A stretch of DNA of 64,000 bases from Hormiphora californensis (taxonomy: Eukaryota > Animalia > Ctenophora), in NCBI GenBank assembly GCA_020137815.1, contig CM035355.1, positions 62,001 to 126,000 on the forward strand. The letters run 5' to 3'. The translations under genes and the position numbers were made by a program. Below the pieces are notes generated by a model. The model was not told the DNA's origin, ran no database searches, and saw nothing but the letters and a program-made list of their open reading frames with translations. Shown here piece by piece: positions 50,493 to 62,349 of this stretch (its first letter is position 1; the number at the start of each line of letters is the position of its first letter).

Positions 50493-50771
50493 GAAATTAG
50501 TTGGCGGGAAAGGTGACCCACTTACACCTTTTGCTCCTGCCGGGTATCACCACGAACTCTCATTCTATCCCTGGCCTCGGTATCTCAATCTCATATTTTT
50601 CGAGGGTAACTTATTCCTGTTCGTTCTATCCCTCTCTCTCCTCCCTGTCTCCCTGTCTCTCTCTCTATCACACTCTTTCACTGTCTTATTCCATTATATT
50701 CACCTCTTATATCCCTGATCCCGGCAGCAGGCAAAGGTGTAAGTGGGTCACCTTTCCCGCCAACTAATTTC
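50493..50771. mobile_element. MITE
   Basis: About 40-bp TIR gaaattagttggcgggaaaggtgacccacttacaccttt. Confidence 0.75.
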
Positions 50772-52154
50772 ATCAGGTCGTTTCAACTATCCCTGGCCGT
50801 CTCGACTCATCTAGCGAACTATTTCAGTACTATTCCTTTCTCTCCCATTCTCCTCCTGTCTAAGCCTATTAGCTTCTATTCATCACCTCCTCTCTGATCC
50901 TCTTCCCTCTCTCTCTTCCTATTCCTCTCCTCCGGTAAGTGTGTGAATATTTGGAATGATTGTGCGACCAGAAGGATAGAAGCGGGATATGAGCTTAAGG
51001 ACGGCGGGGGGGAAGAGCGGCAGATGGAAAGCAGAATCCAGATTTCACTGCGGAGTATTGGTGGAGCAGGAGGACCAGAAACAGTCACGACGGAGGTAGT
51101 GGACAAGTTTTGACGCAAGTTCTGAAAGGTGTGATTGGTTGGGCGTGCCTCTTTGTCAAATTTCTATGAAAAATATAGTGAGATATTGAGGGACCCTAAA
51201 CTGAACACAAACGCTTTTCTGGCGTCCCGACGGAAAACCTCCGTTCGAGACCTGACAAGATGAGAAAGCTTGGGAGAGATCGACGTCTGTTCCAGGGTGA
51301 GGGAGTCTGTATGGTGTGGGAGTCTGTTCCGGTGTGGGAGTGGTATGCATCGGATGCATGCAGGATTACCCTAAAAATATCCTGAGATATGTCTCATGAA
51401 CGTGACTGGAATGAATGACGTGGCTTGAAATATATTTCCGGGACGTGACTTGAAGAAACAAAGAAAATTTAGTTTGTTTTCAGTGTCCCTTAATTGGGGA
51501 AATAATTGGCCATTATAACCTGGCTACTTTGGGGCAAATCTCTCTCTGTAAAACCCTCCGCTATCTCAGTCGAAAAACGAATAGATAACCGCTTTATTCA
51601 TATTAATGAAGCGCGTAAGGAAATCAGTCACGTGAGGCGCTTCGAACCAATAACAGAACCGAACGCGGAATTGCTATGGTAAATATTGTGGCTTCGCGGT
51701 CGGGCACGAGAATAATTCCCGGGAATTCTTGGTCAAGGTATTGTTGTCAGGTAGGAGTATAAATACACCCTTCAGTCATTGACACAGGACCTTCCCTTTC
51801 TTTTGTTCTCTTGTTTGGCCAGCACGACACTACTCTCAACGATCCAGCCCGCTCTCGCCAGGACTATAGATCCAGATGCCGTTCCTTCGCCGCTAATCGC
51901 TTCAAGTTCCTTCATTGTCATGTAACTCATGAGATATAGTGAGTAGAGTAATGGTGTATATAGTATGTGAGTCATTCATTTCTACTACGGTTCTATAATA
52001 CAATGTTACGTGTTTTGATAGTCCAAATTCATGAAGAGGCCGTTGCTTCTCATATAAACAGTATGCCAGTGCATCAGCAGTGGTAGGGACTGCATTTCTG
52101 GTGTCTGAGAGTGGAACTCAGTTGAGCTACTGAGACAACCTCCCGCTCCTTACA

Positions 52155-53118
52155 CTACTGGAGCGTGACCGGAAAATGATCGCCCTTTCAGAAGAGTTGT
52201 GTGCACTGAAAGACCACCACATCTCAATGAAGGACTCTCAGCTAGAGAGTAGCATTACTGCTGTCCAGACTGTCGTAAAAGAGGAAATGAATAGTTATTC
52301 GTCGTCCCTTGAGACCGCTGCTACCACCATGAAGCAGACGTGTGCATCTGCATTAGCTCCAACTAGAATACGTGCCGCCCTTGCCAGCGCTACAGTTGAC
52401 CGATCTGCAATCTGTAGTACTTGGGTTTAGCCGAGAATGTTTGATGGTTAACGACACCAGTAGATTGAAAGATTGTTCGAGTATCTGGTTGAAGCACCTG
52501 TTTTTTATTGAGGGTCCAGTAGAGCTGGGGAGAGGAGTGATGAGCGAGTACGTCCGTTCGGTGGTACTGAGGAGCATGTAACAGCTAGGACCATTCTGGG
52601 GAAATCTGCTGAGCTGGAGGACTCCAGATACTTTTCATCTGTGTACATATCTCCAGACAGCACTGTAGAGGAACGGACTGGAGGAGGGCTCTTGTTTGCC
52701 AGGTTGAGAGAGAAGAGAGAGAAAGAGCCAGAGAAGATTTTTAGGATCAGGAGGGGGTCCGTTGTTGAGATCAGAGAGTGAGCGATCACATGTGAGGAGA
52801 GGAGAGATTGTTAGTGATTGTTCTTGTGCTCGGGTGAGAATTATGAGTTCGAGAGAGGGAGACTTGAGATTTGATTTATATCTATGATTATTACAATTAG
52901 CTGTGTGAAACATTGTTCGGACACGGTGGGTACCAGGGTGGGGTAACTTGGTAAACGCACACAAAAGACCTTACCCGTCTTCGTGTTATTAGCCATGATG
53001 CGCCACCCTACATCCCCACCCAGTTTTGTCCAGTGTGGCTGGTTTTCTTGACATTATATAATTTATTGCGGCACATGCCACTGCCAGCGGCAGTTTTGAT
53101 TGATTGATTGATTGATTG
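52155..53118 (+). pseudogene. 5'-truncated, frameshifted copy of the 33434-35145 ORF1-only element
   Basis: SMKDSQLESSI.AVQTVVKEEMNSYSS and FRIRRG recognisable; same 3' domain and (TTGA)n tail. Confidence 0.88.
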
Positions 53119-53397
53119 CTACACGTTAAGATGTGATAAACGCGCAAAACAATTCCGCACACGACATTGGGGGGTGAACAGTTGAAAAAAAATGGAGTAT
53201 AAAACCATGGGTGTCAAAAGTTAGCTCTAGGTCTCCTGAGTAACCACCCGGAGACTCTAAGAGATATTTCAAGCCGTTCTCCCGTAATCATTAATCCCGG
53301 TAGAGCACATATTTGAGTATGGACGTACGTGCAATTGCCTAAAACCTCAACTTTAATGTATAACGTTAATGTGCGTCTCTCTCTTTTCTCCCTCTTG

Positions 53398-53864
53398 AGT
53401 GAGAGTGGACCGGATCAGAATTGGACAAGTTTGTTGTAGGTAGTAAAGATTCGCTTTTTGAGCATTTTGCGTTTTTGCCGCTCAAAATCGACCCACCCAT
53501 CACTGAGATATTTTTTTTATGTTGGGAGAATTCCTGCTGGATCAATATCTATCAAACAGGATAGAAACAATCCTTGTGTTTTACTAACACATTCTTAAAA
53601 TTTTTAATATGCTGGCTTGCATTGCCCTGCTTCTGTGCATGGACATGTCAACCTCACTGCTTATATTCAGAATGTGTAAGTAAAACACCACGATTGTTTC
53701 TATTCTGTTTTGTACATACTGATCAAACAGGAGTTCTCCCAACATAAAAAATATCTCAATGATGGGTGGGTAGATTTTGAGCGGCAAAAACGCAAAATGC
53801 TCAGAAAGCTAATCTCTACTACCTACAACAAACATGTCCAATTCTGATTCAGTCCACTCTCACT
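53398..53864. mobile_element. Kolobok-like MITE nested in a larger IR element (about 53212-54090)
   Basis: Same family as 19950-20419; outer IR tgtcaaaagttagct.taggtctcctgagtaa. Confidence 0.7.
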
Positions 53865-55662
53865 TTAATCTCGCACGTGAATATGAGCCGCGGTGCGGCA
53901 CAACTGCACGTGCGGTTTTTTCCGAGAGAGTGAGAGACATACAACAACATGTAAAAGCCTGCCAGCGCTCACGTACGTCCATATTGTATCTATTGTCTCC
54001 ACCGGGATTAATGATTACAGGGGAACGGCTAGAAATATCTATTAGAGTCTCCGGATGCTTACTCAGGAGACCTATAGCTAACTTTTGACACCTATAGTTT
54101 TACCCAAAGTTAAAAAATAGTTCGGTTTTTGTTATGATCAGCAACATTTCAAATGCTGATTACATCATGATGAAACAGTTTGTGAAAAAGTAAAACCTGT
54201 TTAGAGGTCGTGTCAAGGCTCCAAACAGATGTAAAAAAACTGGAACAATTGGGAGGGGTCGATGTAGTTATTGAATATCGACTTTACTACCATTGAAAGG
54301 CTCTGTACAACCCTTTTCTAGTTATTCCATGTCAAAAATCTCGGCTTTGTGGACGAATTGAGGGAAATACGGGTGTTTCAAATTAGCAGACTGAGGCGGG
54401 CTAATTGAAACACAAAATTTGGATAGATATCACGTGACCCTGACCCCGAAAGACAAAATGAGACATCTCAAACCACTCCAAAAACTATCCAGGGACTGTG
54501 TCGGTAACATAACGTCAAAAAATTTTGGGTTCGACTTAATTTGTGGGCACGCAAGGGAAAAAAGTGAAAAAGTGTTTCAAATAGCCGCTATAGTCGCTAC
54601 CCTACTCTACCTGATTTTCACCTAATGTGACGTTTGCCTTGAGGCTTGATTCATGTAAAATGAGGCTTAAATGAGATGGTTCGTTTGATGAAAGTTTAGT
54701 ATGGATACTAGCATGCGATGCTTACAACGACTACCCAACCCGACTAACCTTTAATGTCGCAATATAGTTTTTTGACGTCAGTGATAGTGTGTGTAACAAG
54801 CCAACTGAATTGATTGCGTTTCTCAAAAGATTCCACGGGTAATTCAGAAATTATAGAAACGTCTCGGCTCATCAAACTGAAAAATATGATATGATATGAA
54901 CATTATTAACACTGGCAATAAATAAAAATAACGTCTGAGGCAAAAAATGTCCCCCCCTCGACTAGCATAGTTCTAGACATCGTGGATCTCTAAAATTTGG
55001 CAAATTTTATCTATTGGGATAAATAAATTGATTGACATTTTTATAGTACATAACTGCGTTTCTGGCCGCGCTTTTGGAGGGGGGGGGGGTGGGGATGGTA
55101 ACATTTGCGCTTGCCAGCACAGTGATATACAGACCTACCCTAAATCCAGACCTACCCTAAATTCTCTGTCGAAGTTCTACTACTATATGCAATTTTAGCC
55201 CTAAAAAGTCGAATTCGTATTTCTTTTGCTACAGCCGTTTTAAAAACGTCCCGAGCATGTTCTGAAAAGACGTTTTTGAGATCCTAAAAATACATTTTTA
55301 GGGCTAGAAGCTTAAAATTTTGGGAATTTGAAGGAAACATGAAGGTTTATCGACACAATTTTTTTATTGACATCAGTGATGATTTCCGGTCGCGAGAATC
55401 CAGGTAAATCGCGAAAATCCAGGTAAATCCCACTGTACTGCTGTTTTGACGTAAAGGACAGTAAGGGGGGTGGTCATGTTAATTTTGTTAATGTTTTGTT
55501 AATTAAAAAAGGACCCTTGGTGAAACATAAACAAAATTAACAAAATTAACAAAAATCGCGTTTTAGGTGTTACCAGTCGGTTTTTAGGTGTTTCTATCAT
55601 AAACTCACTGGTGTATAGTGTGATAGAGGGAGAGAGATTGTTATGTAAACAGTCTAACTTGG

Positions 55663-55848
<186 letters not shown>

Positions 55849-56943
55849 CCCTGGTACATTTTGGCACCAAATCCCCCAACCCGGAATTTATGTCTAAAAT
55901 CCTAAACCAACCCAAAACCTAACCCTAACCTCGAACCCAAATAATGGCCCTAACACTTCTAAATAAGTATGAGCACGCTGAGTACGCTGAATCACATAAA
56001 CAACTTTTCCGCGCTCCCAGGGGTCGGGAAAGTGTCTTAATTGAGTATAATTGGATCTAATTGGCCTTAATTGCTCAATTAGGGCATTTCCCGACCTCTG
56101 GGGGCTTGGAAAAGTTGCTTATGTGATTCAGCGTATCAAAATTAGTCGGAAAAGTGCGCTCACGTCATTTCCAGGTGACAAGTTGTAAGTGGGGTCAATT
56201 AGACCCAATTATGCCCAATTAGGACATATTCCCGACCTCCGAAAGATTTGAAAACTAGCTTACGTGATTCAGTGTACTCTTTATCTAAATCTAAATTTAG
56301 ATAGAGTAGATACTGTAGACTTAGAGTGTAGCACTAGAGTCCGCCTACCATATTTCATAGCCCTAATGACGTTTACTACGACCTTACAAAGCGATTTGCT
56401 CCATTGTGTAAACTTTAATAAAAACTAGCCAAAATAAACCGCAACTGACTTCAAATGACCCTAATCCACATAATGACAAATTTGTCAACCTTAAAAACTC
56501 TTGTTATGTTCTAACCCTTCTTTACATTTGTAAAGAAGGGTTATGTGTTTTTGTACACTCTAGGTCACGTGATCAGCTCGTGTACGTGATCACTGATCAG
56601 CTCTCTCTCTCACTCAAAGTGAGACACAACTTTGTTAGTGTGCGAGGGAGAGCGCAGTACACACTTTTCAGCACTCATCACACAATCAATCAATCAATCA
56701 AAACTGCCGCTGGCAGTGGCATTGCGCCGAAATATACATATAATATCAAGCAAACCAGCCACACAGACCAAACTGAGTGAGGATTCAGGGTGGCGTAACA
56801 GGGTCGTCAGCACGAAGACGGTTAGGTCTTATGTGTGCTTTGAACCTGCTACCCCACCCTGGTCCCCACTATGTCTTTACAAAACTGAAAACCAAAGCAA
56901 TAGTATAAAAGTATACAAATTAAAAACAACAGCAGTTTTTAAG

Positions 56944-56997
56944 GTCTATACACATGTTTCATGGTGCCCCACGAGGAGGCACCAATCATCAGTAGAC
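56944..56997 (-). ncRNA. Type I hammerhead ribozyme
   Basis: GUCUA-CUGAUGA-U-UGGUGCCUC-CUCGU-GGGGCACCA-U-GAAA-C-AUGU-GUA-UAGAC: stem I, core, stem II, minimal stem III; predicted cut after GUA between 56949 and 56948. Confidence 0.82.
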
Positions 56998-57403
56998 AAA
57001 GATCAAAATGAGAATGAATTGGGATAAAGTATGACTCCTTCATAAAAACAGTCAGTCAAACGTTCCTAGTTAGAGTTAGTAGCTCCATTTCACGTCACAT
57101 CTTCGTATCTTGGACCTCTAGATTCCCCAGTTTCAAAGTACGTCAACCATTTCCCTTTCTTGGAGTGTGTAATCTGTATTCCATTTTGATCATTGTTCCT
57201 CAAAACCAGACGTCGTACGTGTCCTCAGATCCACAAGAGAGCTCAACCACAAATAAATTGAGGGAGCATTGCATTATAGCGAGTTTAGTAGATTGATGAC
57301 AAGATAGATATCCTGTCCCTTGGTCCGAGATCAACAGAGAGCTCTAGCACGGGGTTAGCCGGCGAGCAGTTTATACAAATTAAAAACAACAGCAGTTTTT
57401 AAG

Positions 57404-57457
57404 GTCTATACACATGTTTCATGGTGCCCCACGAGGAGGCACCAATCATCAGTAGAC
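57404..57457 (-). ncRNA. Type I hammerhead ribozyme (unit 2)
   Basis: Identical to 56944-56997. Confidence 0.82.
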
Positions 57458-57863
57458 AAAGATCAAAATGAGAATGAATTGGGATAAAGTATGACTCCTT
57501 CATAAAAACAGTCAGTCAAACGTTCCTAGTTAGAGTTAGTAGCTCCATTTCACGTCACATCTTCGTATCTTGGACCTCTAGATTCCCCAGTTTCAAAGTA
57601 CGTCAACCATTTCCCTTTCTTGGAGTGTGTAATCTGTATTCCATTTTGATCATTGTTCCTCAAAACCAGACGTCGTACGTGTCCTCAGATCCACAAGAGA
57701 GCTCAACCACAAATAAATTGAGGGAGCATTGCATTATAGCGAGTTTAGTAGATTGATGACAAGATAGATATCCTGTCCCTTGGTCCGAGATCAACAGAGA
57801 GCTCTAGCACGGGGTTAGCCGGCGAGCAGTTTATACAAATTAAAAACAACAGCAGTTTTTAAG

Positions 57864-57917
57864 GTCTATACACATGTTTCATGGTGCCCCACGAGGAGGC
57901 ACCAATCATCAGTAGAC
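57864..57917 (-). ncRNA. Type I hammerhead ribozyme (unit 3)
   Basis: Identical to 56944-56997. Confidence 0.82.
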
Positions 57918-58323
57918 AAAGATCAAAATGAGAATGAATTGGGATAAAGTATGACTCCTTCATAAAAACAGTCAGTCAAACGTTCCTAGTTAGAGTTAGT
58001 AGCTCCATTTCACGTCACATCTTCGTATCTTGGACCTCTAGATTCCCCAGTTTCAAAGTACGTCAACCATTTCCCTTTCTTGGAGTGTGTAATCTGTATT
58101 CCATTTTGATCATTGTTCCTCAAAACCAGACGTCGTACGTGTCCTCAGATCCACAAGAGAGCTCAACCACAAATAAATTGAGGGAGCATTGCATTATAGC
58201 GAGTTTAGTAGATTGATGACAAGATAGATATCCTGTCCCTTGGTCCGAGATCAACAGAGAGCTCTAGCACGGGGTTAGCCGGCGAGCAGTTTATACAAAT
58301 TAAAAACAACAGCAGTTTTTAAG

Positions 58324-58377
58324 GTCTATACACATGTTTCATGGTGCCCCACGAGGAGGCACCAATCATCAGTAGAC
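58324..58377 (-). ncRNA. Type I hammerhead ribozyme (unit 4)
   Basis: Identical to 56944-56997. Confidence 0.82.
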
Positions 58378-58783
58378 AAAGATCAAAATGAGAATGAATT
58401 GGGATAAAGTATGACTCCTTCATAAAAACAGTCAGTCAAACGTTCCTAGTTAGAGTTAGTAGCTCCATTTCACGTCACATCTTCGTATCTTGGACCTCTA
58501 GATTCCCCAGTTTCAAAGTACGTCAACCATTTCCCTTTCTTGGAGTGTGTAATCTGTATTCCATTTTGATCATTGTTCCTCAAAACCAGACGTCGTACGT
58601 GTCCTCAGATCCACAAGAGAGCTCAACCACAAATAAATTGAGGGAGCATTGCATTATAGCGAGTTTAGTAGATTGATGACAAGATAGATATCCTGTCCCT
58701 TGGTCCGAGATCAACAGAGAGCTCTAGCACGGGGTTAGCCGGCGAGCAGTTTATACAAATTAAAAACAACAGCAGTTTTTAAG

Positions 58784-58837
58784 GTCTATACACATGTTTC
58801 ATGGTGCCCCACGAGGAGGCACCAATCATCAGTAGAC
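58784..58837 (-). ncRNA. Type I hammerhead ribozyme (unit 5)
   Basis: Identical to 56944-56997. Confidence 0.82.
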
Positions 58838-59243
58838 AAAGATCAAAATGAGAATGAATTGGGATAAAGTATGACTCCTTCATAAAAACAGTCAGTCAAA
58901 CGTTCCTAGTTAGAGTTAGTAGCTCCATTTCACGTCACATCTTCGTATCTTGGACCTCTAGATTCCCCAGTTTCAAAGTACGTCAACCATTTCCCTTTCT
59001 TGGAGTGTGTAATCTGTATTCCATTTTGATCATTGTTCCTCAAAACCAGACGTCGTACGTGTCCTCAGATCCACAAGAGAGCTCAACCACAAATAAATTG
59101 AGGGAGCATTGCATTATAGCGAGTTTAGTAGATTGATGACAAGATAGATATCCTGTCCCTTGGTCCGAGATCAACAGAGAGCTCTAGCACGGGGTTAGCC
59201 GGCGAGCAGTTTATACAAATTAAAAACAACAGCAGTTTTTAAG

Positions 59244-59297
59244 GTCTATACACATGTTTCATGGTGCCCCACGAGGAGGCACCAATCATCAGTAGAC
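59244..59297 (-). ncRNA. Type I hammerhead ribozyme (unit 6)
   Basis: Identical to 56944-56997. Confidence 0.82.
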
Positions 59298-59703
59298 AAA
59301 GATCAAAATGAGAATGAATTGGGATAAAGTATGACTCCTTCATAAAAACAGTCAGTCAAACGTTCCTAGTTAGAGTTAGTAGCTCCATTTCACGTCACAT
59401 CTTCGTATCTTGGACCTCTAGATTCCCCAGTTTCAAAGTACGTCAACCATTTCCCTTTCTTGGAGTGTGTAATCTGTATTCCATTTTGATCATTGTTCCT
59501 CAAAACCAGACGTCGTACGTGTCCTCAGATCCACAAGAGAGCTCAACCACAAATAAATTGAGGGAGCATTGCATTATAGCGAGTTTAGTAGATTGATGAC
59601 AAGATAGATATCCTGTCCCTTGGTCCGAGATCAACAGAGAGCTCTAGCACGGGGTTAGCCGGCGAGCAGTTTATACAAATTAAAAACAACAGCAGTTTTT
59701 AAG

Positions 59704-59757
59704 GTCTATACACATGTTTCATGGTGCCCCACGAGGAGGCACCAATCATCAGTAGAC
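59704..59757 (-). ncRNA. Type I hammerhead ribozyme (unit 7)
   Basis: Identical to 56944-56997. Confidence 0.82.
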
Positions 59758-60122
59758 AAAGATCAAAATGAGAATGAATTGGGATAAAGTATGACTCCTT
59801 CATAAAAACAGTCAGTCAAACGTTCCTAGTTAGAGTTAGTAGCTCCATTTCACGTCACATCTTCGTATCTTGGACCTCTAGATTCCCCAGTTTCAAAGTA
59901 CGTCAACCATTTCCCTTTCTTGGAGTGTGTAATCTGTATTCCATTTTGATCATTGTTCCTCAAAACCAGACGTCGTACGTGTCCTCAGATCCACAAGAGA
60001 GCTCAACCACAAATAAATTGAGGGAGCATTGCATAAAAAGTATAAAAGTATAAAACATTAAATAAATCCATATCTAAAACAGTATCTTATTCATCACTCT
60101 CACTAATCTCTCTTAACACTTC

Positions 60123-60879
60123 TCACGTCTCACTCTCTACAATAGAACCTCTTCTAATCCTCCAGACTTTATCAGGTTCATTAGTCTCTTCTCTCTCTCA
60201 GTTTAGCAACTAATTCTCGTCTCTCAGTTCTCTCCTCTACTGATCTGTTTGGTGCAACAAACACTGACTGATACTGGTCTGAGTCCTTCAGCATCGCTGA
60301 TTTCCCCAAAATAGTCCTGGCAATTTCTCTGTTCCTCAGCACCACCCGCACTGGCCGCACTCCCTCACCACCTCTCTTACCAAGTCGTGCCATAATGGGC
60401 GTGCCATAATGGGCGTAACTGCATGTACAATATCAATTTACGCCCATTATAGGCCCATAATGGTGCGTCTCGCATGTGTTAGCTCGATTTTCAAAAACAT
60501 GCTAGAGACATGCGGTTTTCACTAAAGTTTTAGTTAGCCATCAAGGAGTATCCAGATAACTTTTTGTGAAAATCCCTGCTGTTCTCTCTCACTTTAACAC
60601 TGGCGCTTCAGACAAGTGTTCAAATAGCTCCTTTACTAAAGTACTGTCACTTTGCTGATCACTCTCTGCGAGACCATACACCATCAGGTTCCTAGTACGA
60701 TCAACTGAAGCACTGGCAATTGCTGTTCTGAGTTTGCTGGGAGCAAGGGCAGATACAAAGGTCTGGTTCACAGCAGTAGCTGTCTGGAGAACAGCAGAGT
60801 AGTTCTGGATCTCGTCTTTAACAACTTTCTGTACAGCAGTCACACTCTTCTCTACCATGGTATCCTTCATGGATATTAT
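60123..60879 (-). pseudogene. ORF1-like pseudogene, C-terminal half (MITE arm at about 60390-60593)
   Basis: RTRNLMVYGLAE, RLG..RPVRVVLRNREIARTILGKSA, VFVAPNRSVEER, WRIRRG align to the 33543 protein. Confidence 0.85.
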
Positions 60880-60887
60880 TTCAAACT

Positions 60888-60928
60888 TTTCAAACTTTTC
60901 AACACTACTTTAAACAAATTAATTTGAG
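60888..60928 (+). other. Spliced-leader exon sequence at element 5' end
   Basis: TTTCAAACTTTTCAACACTACTTTAAACAAATTAATTTGAG then CAG; preceded by a 9-nt duplication of its own start. Confidence 0.8.
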
Positions 60929-60984
60929 CAGGAAGATGAATCCGATGTAACAGCCCCAAAGGGCAGAAAAACGAAACGTTGATA

Positions 60985-61941
60985 ATGTCGGAAGCGAAGT
61001 ACGAGGGCGATAACCCTATGATAAAACGATCAGAAGAGACGGTGGATGACTTTGTTTCTGAAGTTTACCTGTTGAATTCGGACAACACGACGAGCATCAC
61101 ACCAGATGAGTTTACTCAATGTTATAGATCGATTCAAGCTGCACCCGATTCAATGTTAACCAACGACAGCTTAGCTTCGCCTAGCAAGCACTGGGGTTCG
61201 TACTTTAGACATTGTCTCAAGGACCGAACTACGAGTGAAATAATCGAGGCTACTTCGCGTATTTTTCTCTCCAGTATGAAACTTGCCCGAGCAACAATGA
61301 ACAATTTTGAAACGGTTATCAGTGTGGAAAACCTCGAGAAACAGCTGCGTGAATGTAAAGAAGAACTTGACCGCCATCGGGTTAACGTAATCGAGCTTCA
61401 GCAAACGGTTATCAACCACCAGAAGCAACAACTCAGTACAGTGACAGCATCGGTGCAGAAGGTGAAAGCCTACTCTACTGTGCTAGCACAGAATTGTGCT
61501 GCAACCTCCCCCAAAGTGGGAAAACCACTACCAGTGAATCATCCTACTCCCGTCCAACAGCCCGGAAGAGAGAAGAACATGGTTGTGTTTGGTCTCCCAG
61601 AAACAACCGATAGAGTAGCTAAAACTACTTTAGACGAACTTTTTGAGGAATTAAATGAGAAACCGAAAGTGACTACGATGAAACGCATCGGCGAAAGAAA
61701 TGAGAAGCGCCCTAGACCGCTCTTAGTATCCCTGGAGAAGAGAGCGACTCTCCTCGCACTCCTCAGAAAGGCACGAAACCTCAAAGACTCCAAACAGTTT
61801 TCGGCTGTTTATCTCTCTCCGGATCTTACGCCCTCTGAACTGAAAGAGCAAAAAGCTCTAAGGTCCACTTTGAAGCGGATACGATCAGAAGATCCTGACG
61901 GCTGCTACTTCATCCGTAATAATCTTATCCAAGTGGGATAG
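60985..61941 (+). CDS. LINE ORF1-like protein (CR1 type), about 318 aa
   Basis: Coiled coil; REKNMVVFGLPE, RIG..RPLLVSL, VYLSPDLTPSELKEQKALR, YFIRN; first in-frame ATG at 60985. Confidence 0.85.
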   Translation: MSEAKYEGDNPMIKRSEETVDDFVSEVYLLNSDNTTSITPDEFTQCYRSIQAAPDSMLTNDSLASPSKHWGSYFRHCLKDRTTSEIIEATSRIFLSSMKLARATMNNFETVISVENLEKQLRECKEELDRHRVNVIELQQTVINHQKQQLSTVTASVQKVKAYSTVLAQNCAATSPKVGKPLPVNHPTPVQQPGREKNMVVFGLPETTDRVAKTTLDELFEELNEKPKVTTMKRIGERNEKRPRPLLVSLEKRATLLALLRKARNLKDSKQFSAVYLSPDLTPSELKEQKALRSTLKRIRSEDPDGCYFIRNNLIQVG

Positions 61942-62093
61942 TTCCCCACTAACTCACCGTTATCAGAGAACCGTGCTAGGAGCAGGCAGTCTACTGCAGT
62001 CCCTTTCAAATTAAGGAAAACGAGTTGTCTGTATACAAACTGTGTCAGTGCGGGATATAAACTGTCATTTTTATTATTTATTATTATTATTAT

Positions 62094-62349
62094 AGAGTCT
62101 TAAGTCTTTCAGGGCACTGATCTCTGATTGCAGTTCAATGATCTTGGAATCACGTTCTAATAACACAGCTGTAGCACTGTCAAGGCAGTCACGGGTGTGG
62201 TCCAGCTGCTCCATAAGCTTCTCTACCTTCTCTTTCGATTCATCGCTACACACAGAACTATTCTGCTTCGCTCTCGTGTCAGCTGATAACAACTCCTTCC
62301 TAGCTAATCGACTGAGAGGAAGTGCACGAAACCAGAGCAAACCAGCCAT
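62094..62349 (-). pseudogene. ORF1-like pseudogene, N-terminal piece
   Basis: MAGLLWFRALPLS.LARK..ESKEKVEKL..L.HTRD.LD matches the 33543 protein. Confidence 0.88.

Larger units (their letters stand above)
56912..60034 (-). mobile_element. Hammerhead-containing tandem array, 6.8 x 460 bp (non-LTR retrozyme-like)
   Basis: Units start at 56912, 57372, 57832, 58292, 58752, 59212, 59672; one hammerhead per unit; agtataaaagtata at both edges (56902-56915, 60039-60052). Confidence 0.85.
60879..62093 (+). mobile_element. Spliced-leader-headed ORF1-only retroelement, (TTA)n tail
   Basis: SL at 60888-60928, intact ORF, tail 62071-62093; splits the host ORF at ..LKD(S)/IISMKD.. Confidence 0.8.

Noticed and set aside
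57249-57262. acaaataaattgag in the 460-bp unit as an SL copy
   Set aside because: Only a short AT-rich partial match, on the strand opposite the ribozyme, without the upstream SL sequence
56912-60034. CRISPR array or plain satellite
   Set aside because: No unique spacers or cas genes; each unit carries a ribozyme core and the array is a discrete insertion
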